Of a DNA stretch of 64,000 nucleotides, positions 26,518-36,751 are shown in pieces. The DNA is from Polyangiales bacterium (GTDB lineage: Bacteria > Myxococcota_A > Polyangia > Polyangiales > Polyangiaceae). The stretch's first letter is position 1. Each line of letters starts with the position of its first letter. Both the position numbers and the translations under genes were made by a program. The notes under the pieces are model-generated. The model saw only the letters and a list, made by a program, of their open reading frames with translations. It searched no databases and had not been told where the DNA came from. Location: positions 32,001-96,000 of the forward strand of contig JBBRNJ010000004.1 of the NCBI GenBank assembly GCA_038230375.1, in the 5' to 3' direction.

Positions 26518-29166
26518 TCAGGGGAAGGTCACCGGGCAGAGCTGCGCAGAGAGCGCACCCGACGCCGGGACCGGAATCACGGGCTCGGCCGCGTCGATCG
26601 AGAGGAGGTACTGCACGAGCTGGCTCGTATGCGTCGCGCGGTCCGCCGCCGAGTCACCGACCAGGAAGTTCGGATCGATGACGGCGTGGTGCTTCGCGAA
26701 GCCGTTGGCGAGCGTCGCCTCGAGCGTCGCAGCTTGTCCTGCGTGGAAGTACGGCGCGCCTACGGAGAGCCCGAGGAGCGACGGCGAGTTGTACCCGTTC
26801 GTGTCTCCCGCGCCGCCCTGGGCCACGGCGCCAGCGTTGTTGAGCTCCGCGATGCCCATGAAGCCGTCGTCCAGACCGAACGTGTCGACCTTGCGGAGCG
26901 AACACTGGATCGAGTCGTTCGTGCCGACGGTTCCGGTTCGCAGCGTGTGCGTGACGGCGGGATCGAACTCCGTCGGGAAGACCGCGAGCGCGGGGATCGC
27001 GTATGCTGCTGCGCCGAGCGCATCCGTGCTCGCAGTGGTGGGCGCATAGAACCGCTTCGACACGGTCCACTTGTCGTCGCCGCCGTGGCAGCCCTGACAA
27101 CGGTTGGTGGTGAACTCGACCTTGCCCGCGGCGACCGCGGCGGCGTCCAGGTTGGTGGGGCGCTTGGGCGAACGGATCTGCTGCACGTACGCCGTGATCT
27201 GGAGCCAGTCGGGGCGCGAGCCGGCCGTGGCGAGCCCTTGCGGGTTCGACGGATCGCTCATCGCAAGAGACGAGCCCTCGAGGCCGAAGTTGTTCGTCGT
27301 GTTGTTCGGCGCGATGGGCGTGTCGGTGCCGTCCGTGATGGCGCCCTTGCCGCCGGAGATCCCCCGGGTGTTGCCCTCGAAGTCCGCGACCTCATCGAAG
27401 ACGGCCGTCCAGTTGAAGACGCGCTGATTGGTGGGGTCGGTCTTGGAGAAGCTTCCGTCCAGGCTGACCGACTGACGCGGGCCTCGGCCAAACTTCCAGG
27501 TGATGTTGTCCGACAGGCCGTCCATGTGACACGACTGGCATGCCTGCCACGCCTGACCGTTGCGCGACCAGCGCGCGACGCCAGTGTTGAAGAGGCGACG
27601 TCCCGCAAGGACCTTCGCTTCGGGTGTTCCCGCAGTAGGCGGAGCGGTGGACGAGACCACCAGCGTACCCGCGCCGCCGTCCGCCGCGCTGATGCCGGCG
27701 ATGTCCTGCGTCTGCAGATCGAGGACCGAGATGTTGCGCGACACGTCGTTCGCGACGAACGCGAACTGCTCGCGACCGCCGGCGCTGTTGGGCGTGACGA
27801 TGCCGGTCGGGTTCTTGCCCTGATGCGCAGCGTCCAGCACGGCGCCCTTGCCGTTCAGGAGATCGATGAACGGGCGACCCTTGTCGGTGCCCACGGCGGT
27901 GATGGCGCCGGTCCCATCGTAGACCGTGCGGAACACCGCGTCCGCCGCGTTGGCGGCAAGGTAACCGACCGTCTTGCCAGGAACGAACGCGAGGTCCGAC
28001 GGCACCGACGGGTAACGCCGCGTGGCGTCGTCCGCGAACGTGTTCGTGGTGTAGAACGACTCGAACTGCTGCATGAGGCTCTTGCTGCCCGCGGTGACCT
28101 CGGCCCCCGCAGCAATGTCGACAACAGACACCGCGCCGTGCGTGTCCGCGACCGGATTCAGCGGACCGTTCGGTGACGCGCACACGCTGGTGATGTACGC
28201 GATCGTGCCGTTGATGGTCACGGACTGGAGCTGGTTGGGGAAGCAGCCCGCGTTCGCGTCCGCCACGCTGATGCCCGTGAGCGGCGCGAGGGTGACGAGC
28301 GTCACGGATTTGTCCGACAGCTTCACGGAGTAGACAACGCCTTGCTTGGCAGCATCCGCGTTGCTGAAATCGGCGGCGAGCGCGTCCTTGCGCTGCGCGT
28401 AGTACTCCGTGATGATCATCGTCTCGTCGGTGTCGACCTTGTCGCCGTTGTTCGTGATGGCGATGGAGCGCGGGTGCGCGAGCGACGCACGCGTGGTGAC
28501 GGCGGCGCCCAGCATGCCGGACTTGGCGAGCGCGTCGTTCAGATCGACCGTGGAGGTCGTCATCATGCCGGCCGTGTCCACGCCCTGTGCCGTGCCGTCG
28601 ACCCAGTTGGCGACCCACGCGGTGGCGCCGGTGGGCGACAGCGCGACGGAGGTGGGCTCCGCACCCGTGGCAACGCTACGGCCCTTTGCCGGCGCGGCGG
28701 TGTCGAGGCCAGTGATCTCGACCAGCTTCTGATCCTTGCGCGTGACCACGTACGCGGTCTTTCCGCTCGGCGCGACCGCGACTTGCCACGGCTCTGCGCC
28801 AACAGCGACCTCTCCCTTCTTGGTCAGGGTCGGAGGGCTGGTTCCGTTGAACACGACCGAGAACACGGACACGGTGCCGGCGTCGCGGTTGCACACGACG
28901 AGCGTGGAGTCATCCGCGGAGAGCGCGATCGACGAGCCACGCGTGGGGCCGGGCGACACGCTGATCACGGGCGTGCTGCCGTCCTTGGCTCCGCCATCCA
29001 CGGTGCCGACGTTGGCGTCTGTCCCGCCGCCTTCCTTCAAGCCGCCGTCGCTATTCGCGTTGGTGGAGTCGTCGCCACCGCAGCCCTGGACCCAGGCGGA
29101 AAGCCCGCCCACCAGAACCAATCCAAAAACCATGCCCATAGACCGCGTCGCGCGAAGCTGTCGCAT
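26518..29166 (-). CDS. YVTN/YncE beta-propeller fused to a di-heme cytochrome c peroxidase/MauG-like domain; lipoprotein
   Basis: VQGC lipobox; VGAEPWQVAV and GAEPTSVAL propeller repeats; CQSCH and CQGCH; SPSLLG...PYFHAG. Confidence 0.8.
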   Translation of the reverse strand: MRQLRATRSMGMVFGLVLVGGLSAWVQGCGGDDSTNANSDGGLKEGGGTDANVGTVDGGAKDGSTPVISVSPGPTRGSSIALSADDSTLVVCNRDAGTVSVFSVVFNGTSPPTLTKKGEVAVGAEPWQVAVAPSGKTAYVVTRKDQKLVEITGLDTAAPAKGRSVATGAEPTSVALSPTGATAWVANWVDGTAQGVDTAGMMTTSTVDLNDALAKSGMLGAAVTTRASLAHPRSIAITNNGDKVDTDETMIITEYYAQRKDALAADFSNADAAKQGVVYSVKLSDKSVTLVTLAPLTGISVADANAGCFPNQLQSVTINGTIAYITSVCASPNGPLNPVADTHGAVSVVDIAAGAEVTAGSKSLMQQFESFYTTNTFADDATRRYPSVPSDLAFVPGKTVGYLAANAADAVFRTVYDGTGAITAVGTDKGRPFIDLLNGKGAVLDAAHQGKNPTGIVTPNSAGGREQFAFVANDVSRNISVLDLQTQDIAGISAADGGAGTLVVSSTAPPTAGTPEAKVLAGRRLFNTGVARWSRNGQAWQACQSCHMDGLSDNITWKFGRGPRQSVSLDGSFSKTDPTNQRVFNWTAVFDEVADFEGNTRGISGGKGAITDGTDTPIAPNNTTNNFGLEGSSLAMSDPSNPQGLATAGSRPDWLQITAYVQQIRSPKRPTNLDAAAVAAGKVEFTTNRCQGCHGGDDKWTVSKRFYAPTTASTDALGAAAYAIPALAVFPTEFDPAVTHTLRTGTVGTNDSIQCSLRKVDTFGLDDGFMGIAELNNAGAVAQGGAGDTNGYNSPSLLGLSVGAPYFHAGQAATLEATLANGFAKHHAVIDPNFLVGDSAADRATHTSQLVQYLLSIDAAEPVIPVPASGALSAQLCPVTFP

Positions 29167-29274
29167 TCTCGTCCCTCTCCTTTGTGAAGTGCGCGCTGCT
29201 CACCCCGTCCCGCGCGTTCCATCACCGTAGTGATGCGCTGCCTTCGAGAACACTAGATTCTCGCGATGTTGGGC

Positions 29275-29289
29275 ATAGGCCCCCGCTAT
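29275..29289. promoter_or_regulatory. LysR-type recognition box (ATAG-N7-CTAT)
   Basis: catag-gcccccg-ctatg lies between the divergent lysR and peroxidase-like genes. Confidence 0.6.
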
Positions 29290-29348
29290 GGCCCTCGGTC
29301 CATCTGCAATTCTCGTGGGTTGCCGATATGCTGGTCACTGCCGCGACC

Positions 29349-30299
29349 ATGCTCGACCTCACCCACCTTCGCTACTTCCACGCGATCGCCGAGAGCGGGA
29401 GCATGACCGCCGCCGCGAAGGCCGTGGGCGTGTCGCAGCCCACGTTGACGGTCGCGATGCAGAACCTGGAGGATCGCCTCAAGACCACGCTCTTCCTGCG
29501 CGAGCGCACCGGTGTGCGCCTCACGGCGACGGGCGAGGAGCTCTTCAGGCACGTGGAGCAGGTCTTCGAGATGCTCGCGGGCGCAGAGCGACGCATCAGC
29601 GGAATGGAGAACGAGGACGAAGGCAGCTTCGTCGTTGCATGCCACGAGTCGCTCGGCGCCTACTTCCTTCCGGCGTTCATGCAGCAGATGTTGCGCCAGC
29701 ATCCGAGCATCGAGATCCTCATCGCGAACGCGCCGTCGTCGCGCGTGGAGGAGTCCGTCATTGCGCGCACCGCGGACTTCGGCCTGGTCGTGAACGCGAA
29801 CCCGCATCCCGACCTGGTCATCGTGAACCTATTTCACGACGCGATGGACGTGATGATCGCGCTGGATGCGCCGCCGCCTTCGCGTCCGGTCCAGCCGCGA
29901 AGAGACTCGATGCCGCCGGACACCGTCGTGGACCCCAGCCTCTACGAGGCAACCGTGCGCCTGCGTACGGGACCGCTCATCTACGCAGGCCGCGTTCCGC
30001 AGTGCCAGGAGCTGGTAGCGCAGCTCGAAGCGCTCGGACTTCAGTCTGCGCGGCGCCTGGTGTGCGGCGATCTCGAGATGGTGAAGAGCCTCGCGCTTGC
30101 GGGCATCGGTGTCGCGCTCATCCCGCGCCGCGTGGCCGCGTACAATCACGAAGGTCGCCTCGTGCGGTTGCATCGCACGTTGCCGTCGATCCCGGATGTC
30201 ATCAGCCTGATCTACCGCGCGGACTCGCACCGCACACGCGCGGCCACGCTCGTGAAGGACGCGCTGGTCGACTACGGGCGCTCCCTGGACCAGAAGTAG
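29349..30299 (+). CDS. LysR family transcriptional regulator
   Basis: LRYFHAIAESGSMTAAAKAVGVSQPTLT...LEDRLKTTLFLR HTH. Confidence 0.92.
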   Translation: MLDLTHLRYFHAIAESGSMTAAAKAVGVSQPTLTVAMQNLEDRLKTTLFLRERTGVRLTATGEELFRHVEQVFEMLAGAERRISGMENEDEGSFVVACHESLGAYFLPAFMQQMLRQHPSIEILIANAPSSRVEESVIARTADFGLVVNANPHPDLVIVNLFHDAMDVMIALDAPPPSRPVQPRRDSMPPDTVVDPSLYEATVRLRTGPLIYAGRVPQCQELVAQLEALGLQSARRLVCGDLEMVKSLALAGIGVALIPRRVAAYNHEGRLVRLHRTLPSIPDVISLIYRADSHRTRAATLVKDALVDYGRSLDQK

Positions 30300-30301
30300 G
30301 G

Positions 30302-31366
30302 TCAGCGCTTCCTGGAGAGCCACACGTCGAAGTCACCCGCGGTGGAGCCCGCGCGCGTGGTGAAGTAGAAGCGGCACTCGTCCGGGGAGATGAAGCCGGG
30401 ACGGTCATCGAGCAGCGTGCTCAACTGCGTGACGGTGACGGGCGCGCCGAACGTGCCGCCCGAATTGCCGCGCTCGACCATCCAGATGTCGTCTTCACCC
30501 GTGACGGCGCCACCTGCGGGCGCCCCGTAGAAGAGCCTGGTGCCCGCGGCGTTCATGACCGGGAAGTTGACGGAGGCGCCCGCCGCGGCAAGACCGGTGA
30601 TTGGCTTGACCGTGCCGAAGACGCCGGGGCTCATCTTGGATGCCTGGTAGAGCGCGAACACGCCCGCGGTGGTGCGGTCGGACACGAAGTAGAGCGTGTC
30701 GCCGTCTGCAGAGATGAACGGCTGAATCTCGTTGGCAGCCGTGTTCACGCCAGCGATGGGCGTGGGGCCGACCCACGGGCTGGACGCGGAGCCACGCACG
30801 TATGTGTAGAGGTTGAACGTCAGATCCGCAGCTGCATCCGCGTTGTTGACGCCCCCTTCCGGTGCGGCGCCGCCGTCCACGCCATTGCGATACTGCAGGT
30901 ACATCGTCAGCCCATCCGCGGAGACGTTGGGCAGCATGCCGCCGTTGGCCGTAGACAGGATGTCGGTCACGCGTGTGTCGGTCGGGAAGCTGCTCGACGC
31001 GTCGCGGACGGACTCGTACACGCCGATGTCGTTTCCGGAGCCGCGGGACAGGAAGAGGGTGAACACGTCACTCGTGAGGGTCACGTTGAACTCGTTGAAC
31101 GTCGTGCTGACCCCCTGCACGGGGCCGACGTTGCCGGTCGACTGCGGCCACGGCAGCTGCGCGCATGGTGTCAGAACGCTGCCGTCAGTGCTCGCGTCGA
31201 TCGGGGTCTTCGAGCCGTCGATGTCGTTGGCGATCGCATCCCCGCCAACACCGCCATCCGTACTGGTGGACGGCGTGGACGAATCGCCGACGCACGCGAC
31301 GCAGATGCCTGCGGTGGCGAGCGCAAGACCCACGACGCCAAGCGCAAGACGAGCCCCTACCCTCAT
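30302..31366 (-). CDS. Lipoprotein with TolB/PD40-like beta-propeller repeats
   Basis: CVAC lipobox; PFISADGDTLYFVSDR; PGFISPDECRFYF. Confidence 0.75.
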   Translation of the reverse strand: MRVGARLALGVVGLALATAGICVACVGDSSTPSTSTDGGVGGDAIANDIDGSKTPIDASTDGSVLTPCAQLPWPQSTGNVGPVQGVSTTFNEFNVTLTSDVFTLFLSRGSGNDIGVYESVRDASSSFPTDTRVTDILSTANGGMLPNVSADGLTMYLQYRNGVDGGAAPEGGVNNADAAADLTFNLYTYVRGSASSPWVGPTPIAGVNTAANEIQPFISADGDTLYFVSDRTTAGVFALYQASKMSPGVFGTVKPITGLAAAGASVNFPVMNAAGTRLFYGAPAGGAVTGEDDIWMVERGNSGGTFGAPVTVTQLSTLLDDRPGFISPDECRFYFTTRAGSTAGDFDVWLSRKR

Positions 31367-31454
31367 GCGGTGAAAATAGCATCGCGGCGCCCGCGCCGTG
31401 CGCAAATCGACCTTACAAATGCACGCGTTCGGGGTAGATGGGAGCCAAGTAGCC

Positions 31455-32735
31455 ATGCTCGACATCGCCTTCATCCGCCAGAACCCCGACGTTGTCCGCG
31501 CCGCGATCAAGAACAAGCGCCTCGACGGCTATGTGAACCTCGACGACCTTCTCGCGTCCGACACGAGCCGACGTGAGGTGATGACGCGCCTCGAGGCCAT
31601 GCGCGCGAAGAAGAACCAGGTGGCCGCTTCGATCCCGAAGGCGAGCAAAGAAGATCGCCCCAAGCTCATCGAGGAGGGCAAGGAGGCGAAGGCGGAGATC
31701 GAGAAGCTGGAGCCGGAGCTCGCCGTGCTCGCCGCGAAGTACGAGGACCTGCTCCTCCGCATCCCGAGCATCCCCCGACCCGAGGTCCCCGTTGGCGCCG
31801 GCGAGGCGGACAACGTGGAGGTCCGCAAGGTCGGCACGCTCCGCAAGTTCGACTTCGAACCGAAGGATCACGTCGCGCTGTGCGAGCTGCTTGGTCTTGC
31901 GAACTGGGAAGGCCCGCGCAAGTACGCAGGTGGCCGGAGCTACGCGCTCACGGGAAATGGCGCCCTCCTCGAGATGGCAGTCACACGCCTTGCGATCGAC
32001 ACGCTGGTCGAGAAGGGCCTCACGCCCGTCATCCCGCCGGTGATCGTGCGCGAGCGCGCGCTCATGGGCACGGGCTTCTTCCCGCTCGGCAAGGAAGAGG
32101 CGTACTCGATCCCCGCAGACGAGCTCTTCCTGGTCGGCACGAGCGAGGTGCCGCTGGTGTCGCTTCACGCCGACGAGGTGTTCGAGGCGAGCGCGCTGCC
32201 GATCCGCTACGCAGGGCAGTCGCCGTGCTTCCGTCGCGAGGCGGGCGCGAGCGGCAAGGACACGCGTGGCCTCTATCGCGTGCACCAGTTCACGAAGGTG
32301 GAGCAGGTGATCTTCTGCGTTCCCGACGAAGAGGTCGCGGAGAAGGAGCACTACCAGCTGCTCGCGAACGCCGAGTCGATCCTCGCGATGCTCGAGATCC
32401 CGTACCGCGTGTGCCTCGCATGCACTGGCGAGATCGGCCTGGGCCAGACGCGCAAGCACGAGGTCGAGAGCTGGATGCCAGGTCGCAACGCCTACGCCGA
32501 GACGCACTCGTGCTCGACCATGGGGGACTTCCAGGCGCGTCGCTCCAACATTCGCGTGCGAAACGCCGACGGTTCGCTGTCGTTCGCGTTCACGCTGAAC
32601 AACACGGCTGTCGCGAGCCCGCGCATCCTCATCCCGCTGCTGGAGAATCACCAGAACGCGGACGGGTCGATCACGCTGCCGAAGGCGCTCGTCCCGTACA
32701 TGCGAGGCATGACAAAGCTCGAGCCGAAGAAGTAG
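31455..32735 (+). CDS. serS: Serine--tRNA ligase
   Basis: MLDIAFIRQNPD; GTSEVPL; CFRREAG; RGLYRVHQFTKVEQ; TLNNTAVASPR. Confidence 0.97.
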   Translation: MLDIAFIRQNPDVVRAAIKNKRLDGYVNLDDLLASDTSRREVMTRLEAMRAKKNQVAASIPKASKEDRPKLIEEGKEAKAEIEKLEPELAVLAAKYEDLLLRIPSIPRPEVPVGAGEADNVEVRKVGTLRKFDFEPKDHVALCELLGLANWEGPRKYAGGRSYALTGNGALLEMAVTRLAIDTLVEKGLTPVIPPVIVRERALMGTGFFPLGKEEAYSIPADELFLVGTSEVPLVSLHADEVFEASALPIRYAGQSPCFRREAGASGKDTRGLYRVHQFTKVEQVIFCVPDEEVAEKEHYQLLANAESILAMLEIPYRVCLACTGEIGLGQTRKHEVESWMPGRNAYAETHSCSTMGDFQARRSNIRVRNADGSLSFAFTLNNTAVASPRILIPLLENHQNADGSITLPKALVPYMRGMTKLEPKK

Positions 32736-32739
32736 GCTC

Positions 32740-33354
32740 TCAAGGGCGCGTGTCGCGGGGATTCGCGGGCAACGCTGGCAAGCAGAACGTGCCGCGCACG
32801 TGGATGATCGGGGCGCTGAGTGCTGGTGTCTGCGTCACGCTCGCCACGCTGCTGACCTCTGCCTCGAAGCGACCGCCGATCTTCGTGCCGTCGGACACGG
32901 TGACGTCGAGATGCGAACCACCGCGCGGCGACAGCGCGAATCCGTGGCCGTCAGGGCCAGAGCGGATCATGAAGAGCGAGAGCGGGCTCGAGCCCGTGTC
33001 GCGGGGGAGCGCTCCGCCGACCGCGTGCACGTAGACGGGACCGCCGTTCGCAGTGAGCCACGCAGAGCGCGAGCCGTCCTTCCTGTACTTGTGTCCCGCG
33101 TCGTCCAGCGCGAGGTTGGCGGGAATGTTCACGAGGTGATCGCCCATCGCGATGCGCACGCCCATCTCTGCGCAGGGGTCGGACGAAAGGTCCGCGCCGC
33201 CGTTCACGACCACGGGCGAGGCGATCACGCGGGGTGACGGCTGCATCAGAAGCATCGCATCCTGCACAACGAGGACGACCGAAAGCACGACTCCAGCGAG
33301 CGCCAACGTGGCGGGCAGCTCGGAGTGGCGCTCTCTTCCGTGTCTCATCACCAC
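32740..33354 (-). CDS. Hypothetical membrane-anchored protein
   Basis: N-terminal TM helix followed by a beta-rich domain. Confidence 0.6.
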   Translation of the reverse strand: MVMRHGRERHSELPATLALAGVVLSVVLVVQDAMLLMQPSPRVIASPVVVNGGADLSSDPCAEMGVRIAMGDHLVNIPANLALDDAGHKYRKDGSRSAWLTANGGPVYVHAVGGALPRDTGSSPLSLFMIRSGPDGHGFALSPRGGSHLDVTVSDGTKIGGRFEAEVSSVASVTQTPALSAPIIHVRGTFCLPALPANPRDTRP

Positions 33355-33386
33355 CGATCAACGCGCGCGGCTCGAAAGTTATTCTC

Positions 33387-33468
33387 ACCTCGACTTCGAC
33401 CTCGACCTCGACCTCGACCTCGACCTCGACGTCGACCTCGACCTCGACTTCGACATCGACTTCGACCT
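33387..33468 (+). repeat. (NNCGAC)n hexamer array D
   Basis: About 13 units between divergent genes. Confidence 0.95.
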
Positions 33469-33489
33469 GGAACGGGTATCCTCGACTTC

Positions 33490-34248
33490 GTGGCGGCATC
33501 GTTTTGTTACTTCTGCGGTAAGCCCGGGTTCGCCGGGGCGATGTGCGCCTCGTGTCAGATCGCGATGCCGGATCCCGCGGCCCCCGAGCCGGCCACCCAG
33601 AACCGCATGTGTCCGCGGTGCCTGACCGCGCCGCTCGCTCCCGCTCCCATCGAGGACGGCGCGGGCTCCGCCTGTCATGCCTGCCAGCACTGCCGCGGAT
33701 TGTTCGTGACGGCGCGGTCGTGGTGCGCGTTCATCGCCCGGCCTGAGCTCGCCTCCGCGCTCGAGGCGCGCTTGCCTCCGCTCGTCGCGCAGCCGGCGGA
33801 GCTACTCGGGATGCTGTCCTGTCCGATCTGCAAGCGGCAGATGGAGCGCGGACGCTTCGCGGCCAGCTCGAGCGTCGTCGTCGATGTATGTACAGTACAC
33901 GGAATGTGGCTGGACGCCGGTGAGCTCGGCGATGTCACCAAGCACGGTCGCGACCGCGCCGTTGCCGCCAAGGCTCCGTCGGACGTTGCCGCATACAACG
34001 AGGCGATGCGCTACCACCTCACCACGCTTGGCCACGAGTCCCGCATGGCCGTCCAGGCCAGCATGGCGGCGTCCACCTACGCGACCACGCAGGCCCCCCG
34101 CCGCGGGATGTCGGTCCCGCTGATCATCTTCCTGGTGCTGACGGCGCTCGGCGCACTGGCGGGCCTCAAGGCGATGCGCTCGTCGCAAGCCCAGATCGAA
34201 GACGCGACGAAGGCCGCCTCCTCTGTGCAGCGGGACCTGGCGCCTTAG
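33490..34248 (+). CDS. Multi zinc-ribbon (zf-TFIIB-like) membrane protein
   Basis: CxxC pairs: CYFC, CASC, CPRC, CQHC, CPIC; VDVCTVHGMWLDAGEL; C-terminal TM helix; start uncertain. Confidence 0.75.
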   Translation: MAASFCYFCGKPGFAGAMCASCQIAMPDPAAPEPATQNRMCPRCLTAPLAPAPIEDGAGSACHACQHCRGLFVTARSWCAFIARPELASALEARLPPLVAQPAELLGMLSCPICKRQMERGRFAASSSVVVDVCTVHGMWLDAGELGDVTKHGRDRAVAAKAPSDVAAYNEAMRYHLTTLGHESRMAVQASMAASTYATTQAPRRGMSVPLIIFLVLTALGALAGLKAMRSSQAQIEDATKAASSVQRDLAP

Positions 34249-34334
34249 CCCGGCAGCCTGCATTTGCTGCGACGCAAAATCGACCGCGTAGGCACTTGCA
34301 AGACACCCTAGGGCGATCCATGTTGCGCCGCAAC

Positions 34335-35510
34335 ATGAGAATTGGCATCGATGGGATGGGCCTGGCACTGCCAGGCGGGTACGTGTCGCTCTCGGATCTG
34401 GCGCGCGCCCGCGGTGTCCCAGCGGAGAAGTACACGCAGGGGCTGGGCACGCTGGCGATGGGCGTTCCGCTCCCCGCCGAGGACACCGTGTCGCTCGCCG
34501 TGCGCTCCGCAAAGGATGCGTTCGAACGATTCCAGATCTCGCCAAAGGAGATCGGCCTCTGCATCGTGGGCACCGAGACGGCGGTCGATCACGCGAAGCC
34601 AGTCGCGTCGTTCGTGCAAGGCCTGCTCGACCTCCCCCGCGACTGCCGCGTCTTCGAGACCAAGCACGCATGCTACGGCGGCACCGCCGGTCTCATGACC
34701 GCGCTCGACTGGATCGCTGCGGGCCGCGCTCATGGGCGGAAGGCGCTCGTCGTCTGCGCGGACATCGCGCGCTATGGCCTTGGCACTCCCGGCGAGCCCA
34801 CGCAGGGCGCTGGCGCCGTGGCGCTCCTTGTGTCCGATTCGCCGCGCGTGCTCGCCATCAACGCGGACAACGTGGGCACCGCGTCGAACGACGTGCTCGA
34901 CTTCTGGCGCCCGCTCGACGCGAAGGAGGCGCGCGTGGACGGCCAGTACTCCGTCACCTGCTACCTTGACGCGCTCACCCGCGCCTTCACTGCGCACCGT
35001 GACCGCGCGCGCTGGGTCAGCCCCAGCTACACGGATCGCTTCCGCGCGATCCTCTATCACGTGCCGTACGCGAAGCTCGCGCGCAAGGGTCACGAGCTCC
35101 TCCGCCGATTGGACGGCGACCTGCCACTGGACGAGGCGCGCATGCTGGCGCCCGGGCTCGTGATCCCGCAGGTCGTCGGCAACACGTACACGGCGTCGCT
35201 CTACATGTCGCTCGTGAGCCTGCTTGCCGCGGCGCCTGACTCACTGGATGGTGAGAAGATCGGCATGTACAGCTACGGCTCCGGCTCGTGCGCGGAGTTC
35301 TTCACAGGCGAGATCACGCCGGGCGCGCAGCGCTTCTTCGACGACGTGCTTCCGCGACTGGACGCACGCACGCGCCTCTCGGTGAAGGAGTACGAGGCGC
35401 TCCTGGCCGAACGCGACGAGCTGGATCACGAGCTGGCGCGCGAGCCCACCGCCGCTGGACATTGGCCCCGCTTCGTGGGCACGAGCGAGGGACGCCGCGT
35501 CTACAGCTGA
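34335..35510 (+). CDS. mvaS: Hydroxymethylglutaryl-CoA synthase
   Basis: GTET, KHACYGGTA (catalytic Cys), EPTQGAGAVA, DFWRP, YHVPY, VGNTYTAS, SYGSG. Confidence 0.9.
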   Translation: MRIGIDGMGLALPGGYVSLSDLARARGVPAEKYTQGLGTLAMGVPLPAEDTVSLAVRSAKDAFERFQISPKEIGLCIVGTETAVDHAKPVASFVQGLLDLPRDCRVFETKHACYGGTAGLMTALDWIAAGRAHGRKALVVCADIARYGLGTPGEPTQGAGAVALLVSDSPRVLAINADNVGTASNDVLDFWRPLDAKEARVDGQYSVTCYLDALTRAFTAHRDRARWVSPSYTDRFRAILYHVPYAKLARKGHELLRRLDGDLPLDEARMLAPGLVIPQVVGNTYTASLYMSLVSLLAAAPDSLDGEKIGMYSYGSGSCAEFFTGEITPGAQRFFDDVLPRLDARTRLSVKEYEALLAERDELDHELAREPTAAGHWPRFVGTSEGRRVYS

Positions 35511-35555
35511 GGAGAACTTACCCCGCCCGCTCCGATCAGGCGTAGAAACGCCGGA

Positions 35556-36713
35556 ATGGACCAAGCGGCCCCCACGAGCCTGGACGAGCGCAGCGCGGCG
35601 CTCGACGGCGTCCGCGGCCTTGCGCTCTTCGGCGTGCTGCTGGTGAACGACCTGACGATCTTCCGCACGTCGATCTTCGCCCAGTTTCTTCCCGAGGGCG
35701 CGTCTGCCGGCTCGGGCGCGCTCGATGCGCCGCTCTCCACCTTGGTGACGATCTTCGTGGATTTCAAGGCGTTCGGTGTCTTCTCGCTCCTCTTCGGCGT
35801 GGGCCTGGGCGCGCAGGAAGAGCGCGCACGGCTCGCGGGCCGTTCGTTCTTGCCGCTCGCGCTTCGCCGGCTCTCGTTCCTCCTTGTGCTTGGGCTCTGC
35901 CATCTCTTCCTGATCTGGAACGGCGACATCCTCACGCTCTATGCGCTGATGGGACTCTTCGCCGTGCTGCTGGTGCGCCTTCCCACGCGGTGGCTCTTTC
36001 TCTGCGCGGCGCTCACGTTCGCGTTGCATCTCTATCCCGTGCCCCTGCCCCCGCCCTTCCCCAACATGCCCGAGCTGCGCGCGCACGTGATGCGGGCCAC
36101 GCACGTGTACGCGGAGGGCGGCTTCCGTGACGTGCTCGCGTTTCGCATCGCGGAGGTGCGCGCCATTGTGCCGCTCCTCATGTGGGCCGCGCCTCGCACG
36201 CTCTCGCTCATGCTGGCAGGGGCCTGCGCGTGGCGGTTGCGCCTGTTCACGCGCGACGTGAGGGGGGCGCGCGCGATCGCGATCACCATCGCGCTCCTCA
36301 CGCTGGGCCTTGGCCTCACCCTGGCGACGCACGCGCACCTGGTGACGGGCGTGATGGATGGCGTCGCGCAGAACGCGTGCTCCGTGCTCCTGGCGCTGGG
36401 ATACGTGGGCACGCTGCTGCTCCTCCACGCGACGAACACCGGCGCGCGCATCATCGCGCTCGCAGCGCCCGTCGGAAGGACTGCGCTGTCGTCGTATCTG
36501 ACCCAGTCGGTGATCCTGGGCTTCATCTTCTATGGCTATGGTCTTGGCATGTTCGGCCGCACCAGCGTCACCACGGCCACGCTGCTCGCGATCGTCCTCT
36601 ACCTCGCCCAGATCCTGCTCGCGCGCGCGTGGCTGTCGCGCTTCCGCTTCGGCCCGGTGGAATGGGCCTGGCGCTCGTTCACCTATGGAAAACGCATGCG
36701 CCTTCGGGTGTGA
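35556..36713 (+). CDS. DUF418 (YeiB-like) membrane protein
   Basis: LDGVRGLALFGVLLVN, WNGDIL, GRTALSSYLTQS, GPVEWAWR. Confidence 0.88.
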   Translation: MDQAAPTSLDERSAALDGVRGLALFGVLLVNDLTIFRTSIFAQFLPEGASAGSGALDAPLSTLVTIFVDFKAFGVFSLLFGVGLGAQEERARLAGRSFLPLALRRLSFLLVLGLCHLFLIWNGDILTLYALMGLFAVLLVRLPTRWLFLCAALTFALHLYPVPLPPPFPNMPELRAHVMRATHVYAEGGFRDVLAFRIAEVRAIVPLLMWAAPRTLSLMLAGACAWRLRLFTRDVRGARAIAITIALLTLGLGLTLATHAHLVTGVMDGVAQNACSVLLALGYVGTLLLLHATNTGARIIALAAPVGRTALSSYLTQSVILGFIFYGYGLGMFGRTSVTTATLLAIVLYLAQILLARAWLSRFRFGPVEWAWRSFTYGKRMRLRV

Positions 36714-36751
36714 CTTTACGAGCGGAACGGGAATGGGGCATCGTGCGGTCC

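Noticed and set aside
29288..31576. Long alternative-frame or antisense ORFs (also 16200..17927, 18852..20444, 44105..46219, 54918..56858)
   Set aside because: These are typical high-GC shadow ORFs, Arg/Ala/Gly-rich with no motifs, overlapping genes with clear family signatures.
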